Below the pieces are notes generated by a model. That model worked only from the letters and a program-made list of their open reading frames with translations, was not told where the DNA came from and did not search any database. Position numbers and translations under genes: made by a program. A stretch of DNA of 64,000 bases from Candidatus Woesearchaeota archaeon B3_Woes (GTDB lineage: Archaea; Nanobdellota; Nanobdellia; Woesearchaeales; B3-WOES), in assembly GCA_005222965.1 (NCBI GenBank), contig NJBG01000001.1, positions 737,533 to 801,532 of the forward strand, in the 5' to 3' direction. Below are positions 19,083-27,697 of this stretch, one piece after another; position 1 is the stretch's first letter; each line of letters begins with the position of its first letter.

Positions 19083-22000
19083 CGTATTAAAAGAGATAGA
19101 AAGGATAAAGAGTAGTGAGAAAATCCTATTTAAATTGGATAAAAATAAAAAATATAAAATCACTCTTTGTTATCCAGATACCTATACAACAGGTATGCCA
19201 AACTTAGGAATCCAATATTTCTTCAAAGAAATTAACACAAGGAATGATTTTTTTGCTGGCAGGTGTTATTTGCCTAATAAAAAGGTTTGGAAAAAAATAG
19301 TAGAGTGTAATCTACCTTTATATGATTGGGATTCTTTGGAAGAATTAAAAAATTCTGATATACTTTCTTTTACAGTTTCTTTTGAAGATGAATTTGTGAA
19401 TATCGTAAGAATGTTAAAATTTGCAGGAATTAATCCCATCGCTTCAGAAAGGAAAGAAAAAGGTCCTTTGATAATTGCAGGGGGTCCGTGTTCTAGTTAT
19501 AATCCTGAACCATTTTCAAAATTTATAGATGCTTTTGTTATAGGTGAAGGAGAAACAATGATACATAAATTGCTAGATATTTACAAGAATTCTGAGGATA
19601 AAAAAAGTTTTCTTAGAAATATAGATGTTTTAGAATCTGTCTATGTCCCTTCATTCTATGATTTCGAGTTTGAAGGCAAAAGAATAAAAAAAATTATCAT
19701 AAATGGAAAGGAAAATGTTTATAGAAACTATGTTAAAAATCTCGACAAATCCCCTATTTGTTCTACAATAATAAATAAAAAATCACAATATAAAGAAGAA
19801 GTTTTCTCAATAGAAGTTTCAAGAGGATGCAGGATGCATTGCAGGTTTTGTTATATAGGTAACCATTTTAGAAAACAAAGGGTGTTATCTCTCAACAAAA
19901 TAAAAGAACTCATTAATGAAGGGAAAAAATATACAAAAAACATAAAACTTTTTTACGAGGTTTTACCACCTAAGTATTATTCTGATTTATTCAAAGTTTT
20001 ATTGGACTTTGTTAAAAAAGATGACATAAAACTTAAATTAGGATCATTTAGAGTAGAATACCTAAACAGTAATATCGTTAATGTTGTTGCCATGGGTAAC
20101 CAAGACAAGATTATCATTGCTCCAGAAACAAGCGAAGGTAAACTGAGAAATTTCATAAATAAAGGTCAAATGAGCGACGAAAAAGTAAAAAATGCTGTTA
20201 AATTATGTCTCGAAAAAAGCATAAAAAATTTTGGTTTATATCTTATGGTTGGAATACCCACAGAAACCAAAAAAGATATAGACTCTTTGATAAATCTTAT
20301 TATAGATGTTTTTAATATAATAAAGGATAGAAACAAGAAGGGGATTTTAGAAGTCCATATAAATGCATACTTCCCTAAACCACTAACACCTTTGCAGCTG
20401 GAAAGAAACATATCTCAAAAAGAAGCAATAGGAAAAATAGAGTATATACAATCTAAGATTAAAATAAGATTAAATAGTGAGGATTTTAAAAGAGTGCATT
20501 TTAAAACAATAGTTTATGATGAGATATCTTACAGCCAACCCATCCTAACAAGGGGGGATAGACGTCTAGGGAATGTTTTACTTGATGTATGTAAACTAAC
20601 TTATCCTTACACAAACAAAACACCAACACCCGAAATATGGGACTATGCATTAAGAAAAAATAGACTAGAAGCAAAATATTACTATCGTGAAAGGGATTCT
20701 ACTGAAATTATGCCGTGGCATATAATAAAAAATAATACTAGCAAAACCTACTTTATGAGAGAAAGGGAGAGAGCATATAAAGGTCAGCTAACTGATCCTT
20801 GTCATCATTCATCATGTGATGTTTGTAAATCTTGTCTAGATGTAAACCAATTAATGAAGATTGTTATAGTTTGTCCACCATTAAAAGCACCTATAAAATC
20901 ATGGAGATACTGCCCCTATCATAATTGGAAATTTTCTTTTAGTACAGGCGATCATGGTTACTCGGGCGTAAATATGCCTATATGTTTAATTGCTTCTTTT
21001 TTGAGGAAAAAAGGCATTAATGTTGATATTCTTGACGCTTTTTTTGAAGATATTTCGATAGAAGATACTATAGAAAAGATATCTAAATATAGCATTATAG
21101 GGATAACTGTACATTCTAATGTCAATCTTACCGACATAAAAAAAATAATAAAGAAATTAAGAAGTCTAAGAAAAAATCATAAGATAGTACTTGGAGGTCA
21201 CTATCCTTCATATTTCCCTGAGAAATGTATAAATGAGCTAGATGCAGATTTTGTTATAAGGGGAGAAGGAGAAGAATCAATGTTTGAATTAATTCAATGT
21301 TTACAAGAAGGTTTTGATTTAACTAAAGTAAAAGGGTTGACATTTAAACAAAAGGGTAGAATCTTTAGTAACGAACCAAGGGAAAAAATAAATAACCTGG
21401 ATAGTTTACCTTTTATGGCGAGAGATTATATACAAAAAGAACTTGAACTTAAATTTGTCCCTGCTATATCTTCGAGTAGAGGTTGTGATTATTCAGGATG
21501 TTCTTTTTGTGATATTGCTTCTTTTCAAAAAACATCAATTGGTCCTGTTTGGAGAGGGAGATCTGCTAAGAATATAGTAGATGAGATAGAATACATAACC
21601 AAAAAGTGGAAATTTAATAAATTTAAATTTGTTGATCCAAATTTTGTAGGGGGGAAAAATGGGAGAAAAAGAGCTTATAAAATCGCAGACGAAATTATCA
21701 AAAGAGGATTAAAAGTTAGATATATGTTTGACACAAGAGTAGATGAGATTAATAAAAAATTGTTTAAAAAGTTATATAAATCTGGTTTAAGGATGGTTTA
21801 TCTCGGAGTCGAATCCTGTATCCAGAGGCAACTTGATTATTTTAATAAAAATACAACGCTTCAATCAAACAAAAAAGCTATAAAAACTTTAAGAGAGACA
21901 GGCATTATACCTCTTTTTGGAATCATAGTATTTGAACCAACAACAACCCTAGAAGAAATTAGAAAAAACTTTGACTACTTTATTTCGAAAGGTGGATTCA

Positions 22001-22416
22001 ATATTTATAGGTTTGTTAGAGGAATTATTCCTAGATTTGGTACACCTATGATGGATATGTTCGAAAAACAAGGCATACTCATAAAATCTTATCCTGACTA
22101 TAAATACAAATTCGAGAATAAAGAAGTAAGGGTACTTTTTAATAAATCAGATATATATGCACAAAATGTTTTTTTGATTGAAAAAAAGTATAAAGAAAAA
22201 ATATTGAAAAAAATATCAAAAGAAATTAACAGACCTTTCTTTTTACATTTAGAGAGATTCCTAAAACAAAAAACCATTGAACATTTTGAACTTTTATTAA
22301 AGGAGTTTGAAATAAACAAAGATGTTTCTCCTCAACTTATAGATAAAATGATCAAAAATTTTAGTAAAGAAATAGAAACAGAATTTAAAACTAAATTAGA
22401 AAATGCCAAGATTTAG
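19075..22416 (+). CDS. Fused double radical SAM protein (two B12-binding-like + radical SAM modules)
   Basis: SRGCRMHCRFC and SRGCDYSGCSFC, each preceded by AGGP/LGGH...GEGE; Cys-rich linker. Confidence 0.9.
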   Translation: MNNVLKEIERIKSSEKILFKLDKNKKYKITLCYPDTYTTGMPNLGIQYFFKEINTRNDFFAGRCYLPNKKVWKKIVECNLPLYDWDSLEELKNSDILSFTVSFEDEFVNIVRMLKFAGINPIASERKEKGPLIIAGGPCSSYNPEPFSKFIDAFVIGEGETMIHKLLDIYKNSEDKKSFLRNIDVLESVYVPSFYDFEFEGKRIKKIIINGKENVYRNYVKNLDKSPICSTIINKKSQYKEEVFSIEVSRGCRMHCRFCYIGNHFRKQRVLSLNKIKELINEGKKYTKNIKLFYEVLPPKYYSDLFKVLLDFVKKDDIKLKLGSFRVEYLNSNIVNVVAMGNQDKIIIAPETSEGKLRNFINKGQMSDEKVKNAVKLCLEKSIKNFGLYLMVGIPTETKKDIDSLINLIIDVFNIIKDRNKKGILEVHINAYFPKPLTPLQLERNISQKEAIGKIEYIQSKIKIRLNSEDFKRVHFKTIVYDEISYSQPILTRGDRRLGNVLLDVCKLTYPYTNKTPTPEIWDYALRKNRLEAKYYYRERDSTEIMPWHIIKNNTSKTYFMRERERAYKGQLTDPCHHSSCDVCKSCLDVNQLMKIVIVCPPLKAPIKSWRYCPYHNWKFSFSTGDHGYSGVNMPICLIASFLRKKGINVDILDAFFEDISIEDTIEKISKYSIIGITVHSNVNLTDIKKIIKKLRSLRKNHKIVLGGHYPSYFPEKCINELDADFVIRGEGEESMFELIQCLQEGFDLTKVKGLTFKQKGRIFSNEPREKINNLDSLPFMARDYIQKELELKFVPAISSSRGCDYSGCSFCDIASFQKTSIGPVWRGRSAKNIVDEIEYITKKWKFNKFKFVDPNFVGGKNGRKRAYKIADEIIKRGLKVRYMFDTRVDEINKKLFKKLYKSGLRMVYLGVESCIQRQLDYFNKNTTLQSNKKAIKTLRETGIIPLFGIIVFEPTTTLEEIRKNFDYFISKGGFNIYRFVRGIIPRFGTPMMDMFEKQGILIKSYPDYKYKFENKEVRVLFNKSDIYAQNVFLIEKKYKEKILKKISKEINRPFFLHLERFLKQKTIEHFELLLKEFEINKDVSPQLIDKMIKNFSKEIETEFKTKLENAKI

Positions 22417-23140
22417 TATGAGTGAATGGAAAAAAGAAGGATTTGATATTAGAATATTAGATAAACCCGTCCAATATGCGAATCTAGACAGGATGTGTTT
22501 GACACACCCCTGCTATTTTCATTTTAATAATTATCAAGCGAGCAATTTTTATTCATTAGAATCTGTTTTTGATGGAGGACTTAAATTTTTAGTTCTTGCT
22601 TTTCCAAAAAATAAAGATTTGAGTAGAAAATCAAAATTTGATGTAGATTCAATAGATGATTATATAGCCTTTTATAAGAGTATAAATGGTAATGATTATG
22701 AATTTAATTTTGTTGAACAGATAGAGGGTATAAAAAAAGGGTTTGTAGGGGTTGCTATTTCAGATGAAAAAGGCAATGTTTTGATAGAGTGTTATAAACA
22801 ACCTTATGAAACAAATGTATATAAATTTACTAGCGGATCATGCGATCCAGTTAACATTTCTTCTTTTTTATTTATGGATTATGGAGATTTAACTTTAGCA
22901 GATGTTGGTAAAGCAAAACCTTCTTTGAGAATACTCAAGGATATTGAGCAAAAAGTCGATCTTTTTTTTGGATACTTTGAATTCATTTATGGAAAAACAG
23001 AACATCTAGGAGAATGCATCTATTTTACAGATCATCAAACAGACAAGAATTTTTTAAGCAGTCTTTATTCTTCCATGGATGAACTAGGAAATGTAACAAA
23101 AAGATTAAATGCTAGTATAATAAAATCTTGTTTAGATTAA
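22403..23140 (+). CDS. Hypothetical protein, last gene of the biosynthetic operon
   Basis: 245-aa ORF overlapping the upstream gene. Confidence 0.7.
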   Translation: MPRFSMSEWKKEGFDIRILDKPVQYANLDRMCLTHPCYFHFNNYQASNFYSLESVFDGGLKFLVLAFPKNKDLSRKSKFDVDSIDDYIAFYKSINGNDYEFNFVEQIEGIKKGFVGVAISDEKGNVLIECYKQPYETNVYKFTSGSCDPVNISSFLFMDYGDLTLADVGKAKPSLRILKDIEQKVDLFFGYFEFIYGKTEHLGECIYFTDHQTDKNFLSSLYSSMDELGNVTKRLNASIIKSCLD

Positions 23141-23274
23141 TGAATCTTTCTTCGTTCTGCCACTAAAGTTTCCATTTTATGTATCTATTATAATTTTTGT
23201 TTTATTAAACTGAAAAAATTCTTTAAAACCCATTTAAGAATATTATATTTTGGTTTATATAAATGTATAGTACA

Positions 23275-23334
23275 ATCACAACAACAGCCTTAGTAATCGG
23301 CTTCCACATCTCTAGAAAACAACAGAAATAATTA
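23275..23334 (+). repeat. Gene-tail repeat copy 5
   Basis: Reads ITTTALVIGFHISRKQQK*. Confidence 0.95.
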
Positions 23335-23339
23335 TTTAT

Positions 23340-24188
23340 TTATCTTATACTAACTTGTTGTTGCTTTTGTACACATTCCTTTCTGTACATTTTTACTCTT
23401 TTTATCAACTGCTTTTCTTCTTTGTCTAATCTTCGCTTTTGTGAATAAAGCTCTAATCCTCTATCAAAAGCCCCTACTGCTTCATCATACTGTTCTAATA
23501 ACATAAGAGACCTTCCTATTCCAATGTCAAAAAAAGGAAAATTTGAGTCAATACACTTTCCTTTATTAAAATATAATAAAGCTAATTTAGGATTTTCTTT
23601 ACCTAAATATACATTACCAATACTTTGGTAATTTTCCTTCGCTTTTTTGTCTGAATTAAGAGTTTCTTTAAATGAGTCTAGTGCTTCATCCAATCTCCCT
23701 TGGAAATGATATGCAAGTCCAATATTATAGGTTGTTATAGGATGCCCACCACTTAATACATTAGCAGATTTAAAAGCCTCTAATGCTTCATCATATTTTC
23801 CTTGATTAAGTAACTTTTTACCTATTGCATTCATATTTCCACCAGCTCTTGATAAATCAGATAAAACAGACCTTCCTTTTAATCCATTATCAACAGCCAA
23901 ACCAAACTCAGATAAAGATGCATCATAATATTCATCAACATCTTCTTCATATAGTTGACTTAATTCAAAATGTAAATTAGGATCTTTAGGTTTTTCTTCT
24001 ATTCTTTGTTGTAATTGTGATATTCTTGATTCTAAAGAATTACCTATTTGTTCTTGTACAAAACTTCCATCTAAAGAACCACTTGCTTGTTCTTGTCCAA
24101 AAACTTTAGAAAGATAGGAAAAAGCAGAAGCTAATACAACTCCTTTTGCTACATCTTTTCCTAATCCTAAAAACTCTCTTCTATTCAT
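23340..24188 (-). CDS. TPR protein with twin-arginine-like N-terminus
   Basis: MNRREFL; repeated GKYDEAL / YNIGLAY / GNVY TPR patterns. Confidence 0.8.
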   Translation of the reverse strand: MNRREFLGLGKDVAKGVVLASAFSYLSKVFGQEQASGSLDGSFVQEQIGNSLESRISQLQQRIEEKPKDPNLHFELSQLYEEDVDEYYDASLSEFGLAVDNGLKGRSVLSDLSRAGGNMNAIGKKLLNQGKYDEALEAFKSANVLSGGHPITTYNIGLAYHFQGRLDEALDSFKETLNSDKKAKENYQSIGNVYLGKENPKLALLYFNKGKCIDSNFPFFDIGIGRSLMLLEQYDEAVGAFDRGLELYSQKRRLDKEEKQLIKRVKMYRKECVQKQQQVSIR

Positions 24189-24330
24189 ACTCTTCTATTG
24201 ACAAAACTACTATATAAATCTTTCGTTTTTGTAATAACTTACTAGTGAGGACAAAAACATATATAACAAATTACAGAATATGTAATCCATTACAGAAATC
24301 TTTAAAAACAAACAAATATAACACATTACA

Positions 24331-24609
24331 GTGGGTGGTATTTTGCAAAAAAAAGAGTTGACAGACTATAGTTTATTTCTTTATTCTTTTCCTAGAGATA
24401 TGGCCCCAAAAGACAAGGTTAAATTTCTAAGAGAATTCTTTGGTTATCACATTTCAAAAAACGGAAAAAGTTATTCTTATGGTGGTTTATTAAAAAAACT
24501 AGGAGGAAATAAACTTTCCAATACTTCCTTTCTAATTCCTCCAAGAAATAATAAAATAATTGAAGCTTATCTACAATCAAGAGGTGTTGATTTTGTTGTC
24601 AAAGAATAA
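24331..24609 (+). CDS. Small hypothetical protein heading the surface-protein operon (possible regulator)
   Basis: 92-aa ORF; resembles a small alpha/beta domain I recall from DPANN proteins. Confidence 0.55.
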   Translation: MGGILQKKELTDYSLFLYSFPRDMAPKDKVKFLREFFGYHISKNGKSYSYGGLLKKLGGNKLSNTSFLIPPRNNKIIEAYLQSRGVDFVVKE

Positions 24610-27600
24610 ACCATTCCATACACTAAAATCCCAAGTAACAGCATTTATCTTAGTAGGGATACTAATAATAGCTATTGTATGGGGATCATTATACATCTCT
24701 GAATATTTTGCAAAAAAAGACATGGAAAAATTCGCACCAGCAGGACATCAACTAACTCTGGAAAGCGATACAATAAAAGAAAACATAGATACTTGCGTCC
24801 AATCTCTAACAGATAAAGGAATGCAACTTATGTCTGACCAAGGTCTACATCTAGATATTCCTGAAAATCATACTTATAACAATTACTCTTATTGGCTTAA
24901 AAACACAATAAACATAATGCCAAGCAGTTTTGAAAAAATTGAACAGGACTTAGCATATTACATAAACACAAACCTATATAATTGTGCAAATCTTGACGAA
25001 TTCAAAGAAAATGGATGGGATATATCACCTTTTAATCCTTCTACAACAGCAAAAATACAAGAACAAGACATTGGAGTAGAAGTTAAATACGCAATAAATG
25101 TTAAAAAACAAGATTTTGAAAGAGAATTCTCAAACTCAATTTATAATCCTAAAATAAGATTCAGACAAATGTATAGTAAATCTGTTGATTTTATGAACAA
25201 TCAATTACTAAAACCAGACTTTGACTTTAACAATCCTCTTGAAGGTTATAATACTACAGGTTACACAATTAACCATGAAAAACTAGATAATCAAACACTA
25301 TTATTTTCTATAATAGATTCTCAAAGTAAGATTCTTGATGGAAAACCATTTACACTAACATTCGTAGCAGACTTTAGCACAAATAATGTTATAAGAAATT
25401 ATGATATAAGCAATTACCAAGATTATAGAGCAGTATTTTCACCAGACAGGTTGGCTGTTTTGATACTAGAACCAGAAACAATCCAGAGTAATGACACAAT
25501 AACAATAACACAATATAAAACAGATTCTGTAACAAGAGAAAATACTCCAGCAGAAAAGATTAAAACAACTATCACACAAACAAAGGATATTGTTTTTAAT
25601 ACAGCTTATCCAATATACAGATTTGGTTCTGCTGAAACAATGTTTAGCAATCCAGTAATTTTAAGGATTTATTTGAATAAAGACCAAAGACACGTCCCAG
25701 ATGATTTTAGCTTGCTTTATAATGGAAAAAACGGATGGTTACCTTATCCAAATGAGATTAATTCTTCAGCAGGTTATATTGATTCTCTAATATATGGTTT
25801 TAGTGAATACACTCCTATTGATTGTAGTGCAATGCCTGTTCAGGAATATCCTGGTCCTAAAGCAGAAGAAGATAGAGGTTTTTGGGGTGCATGGGGCCCT
25901 ATTATTATAGCAATAGCAGCAATCGTAGCAATAGCTTTAGCAATACACTTTCTACCAGGTCTTTTAAATCCTCTATCCAAGGGAGGAAATATCATCTTTC
26001 CTCATGCCGTTTACGAACCACCACAAGAAGAAAACTCTTCTAACTCACAATCTGGTTTAGCATCAACATCAAACATGCTATTAGGAAATAATTTAGCATA
26101 TGAGTTATTATCAAAATACCCTTCAATAGCAGACTTAAACTCATTAGCCTTAGCAGCATATGAATCATACACATTATGGGGCGAGGCAGCAAACGCAAAA
26201 AACACAATGCTCATAACAGCACTATGTGACAATCAAATTATAATAGATCCAAAAGAAAAAGACGGTGATTGTGATTGTTTTGTAACAGATATGGAAACAG
26301 GCGAATCAAAAAAATCAAAAAGTTATGATGTAAAAAAAGGAAAAGCATACACAATAACTGCAGCTGTAACCGATTTTGATGCATTTGAGGAAAAAGCTTC
26401 ATGCCAATGCAATATAAAAGGTTTAGTTGTAACTGTTTCAGATACATCTTATGAAGAAGAAATTCTTCCAGCTCCTGTTTCACCTATTAAAAACACAAAA
26501 CCATTTCTTAGTTGTTGCATAACAAAAGATAATTATTGCCTTGACAATTATCTCACAGATATATGTGATGGAAAAACAATAGAAAAAACCTGTAATGAAA
26601 TCAAAGAATGCGCAAAACCACTTCCATTATCTGGTGAGGGCATACTAAGAACAACCAACCAAAACACGAGGTCTAATTTTGGTGCAGAAGGAGAAAATTT
26701 CTTAATAACATATTATCTTCCAAGTGCAGACCAAAACACACAGGTAATAGTCCATATCAAAGCAGATAACCAACTAATAGAATCTATAAACTTATATGAT
26801 AATGGCATGCACAAAGATGGACTTAGAAATGATAAATACTATGCAAGCACATGGAATACTCTAAAAGTACTTCAAAACTCAAATACAAAAAAAGTTACAG
26901 CAGATATCGAAGTTATCTATACAGATTCACAAACAACACTTCCTAATGTAGGATCTTTAATGATACTTAATAAAAACATAGACTGTAATCCAATGGGTGT
27001 TCTTTCTTTTAATAATGACCTTGATATAAGATTTGCAGCTAATCATTATAATGATTTTAATAAATATTCACAAAATGCAGAAAGGACTGCTTCAAAAATA
27101 CTTTTGACAACTCCATTTACACAATATTACAGAAACAAAGGTATTAATTTTTACAAGTCTAACAAATTATTTGATACAACAGATACAACACAAATAAACA
27201 ATTATTTAGATAATCAATGTAGCTATTCTAACTCTCCTAAAAAACTAACAATAAGCCTTAATGATAATGCAGTAGAATGCAATCAAAAAGATTCAGTTGT
27301 AGAACTAAATCCATTAATTACATTCAAATCAGAAATATCAAATACAAATATCGATTTAGTATTATCAGATTTTTGCAGTTATGTAAATAATATTATTTTT
27401 TTAAACCCACCAAAACCAGAAATAATAACACAAAACACCACAACAATACCAGGAAATGTAGATGTTGAATTTAAAATAATAGACGAAGAATATCCAGTTA
27501 ATTATGAATTGTTGTGGAATCATATGCATCAAGTACAAGACCAAGTACACGACAACTCTCCAAAAACACACACACTAAACTTACCAAATGGAGAATGGAT

Positions 27601-27697
27601 ATTCCAAATAAAAGCAACAGATAAACAAGGCATGATTGGTTACTCAAACACAATCTCTATAACAATAGAAGATAATAATGGAGGAGAAATTGAATAA
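24596..27697 (+). CDS. Large surface protein with class III (pilin-like) signal peptide
   Basis: GAGGTG SD at 24581 with TTG at 24593/24596; KSQ-VTAFILVGILIIAIVW; LYDNG..D..NDKYY motif; Ig-like C-terminus. Confidence 0.8.
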   Translation: MSKNKPFHTLKSQVTAFILVGILIIAIVWGSLYISEYFAKKDMEKFAPAGHQLTLESDTIKENIDTCVQSLTDKGMQLMSDQGLHLDIPENHTYNNYSYWLKNTINIMPSSFEKIEQDLAYYINTNLYNCANLDEFKENGWDISPFNPSTTAKIQEQDIGVEVKYAINVKKQDFEREFSNSIYNPKIRFRQMYSKSVDFMNNQLLKPDFDFNNPLEGYNTTGYTINHEKLDNQTLLFSIIDSQSKILDGKPFTLTFVADFSTNNVIRNYDISNYQDYRAVFSPDRLAVLILEPETIQSNDTITITQYKTDSVTRENTPAEKIKTTITQTKDIVFNTAYPIYRFGSAETMFSNPVILRIYLNKDQRHVPDDFSLLYNGKNGWLPYPNEINSSAGYIDSLIYGFSEYTPIDCSAMPVQEYPGPKAEEDRGFWGAWGPIIIAIAAIVAIALAIHFLPGLLNPLSKGGNIIFPHAVYEPPQEENSSNSQSGLASTSNMLLGNNLAYELLSKYPSIADLNSLALAAYESYTLWGEAANAKNTMLITALCDNQIIIDPKEKDGDCDCFVTDMETGESKKSKSYDVKKGKAYTITAAVTDFDAFEEKASCQCNIKGLVVTVSDTSYEEEILPAPVSPIKNTKPFLSCCITKDNYCLDNYLTDICDGKTIEKTCNEIKECAKPLPLSGEGILRTTNQNTRSNFGAEGENFLITYYLPSADQNTQVIVHIKADNQLIESINLYDNGMHKDGLRNDKYYASTWNTLKVLQNSNTKKVTADIEVIYTDSQTTLPNVGSLMILNKNIDCNPMGVLSFNNDLDIRFAANHYNDFNKYSQNAERTASKILLTTPFTQYYRNKGINFYKSNKLFDTTDTTQINNYLDNQCSYSNSPKKLTISLNDNAVECNQKDSVVELNPLITFKSEISNTNIDLVLSDFCSYVNNIIFLNPPKPEIITQNTTTIPGNVDVEFKIIDEEYPVNYELLWNHMHQVQDQVHDNSPKTHTLNLPNGEWIFQIKATDKQGMIGYSNTISITIEDNNGGEIE

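Noticed and set aside
17860..23274. RiPP precursor for the SPASM enzyme
   Set aside because: No convincing short ORF found; only an 8-codon frame at 23140
7587..23334. Five repeats as a CRISPR array or classical integron attC sites
   Set aside because: Spacing is over 1 kb to ~11 kb with whole genes between; no cas or intI gene; the repeat is a coding tail without a conserved attC hairpin
24331..24609. Cas2 call for the small ORF
   Set aside because: No cas1 or array nearby, and no clear Cas2 catalytic YD motif
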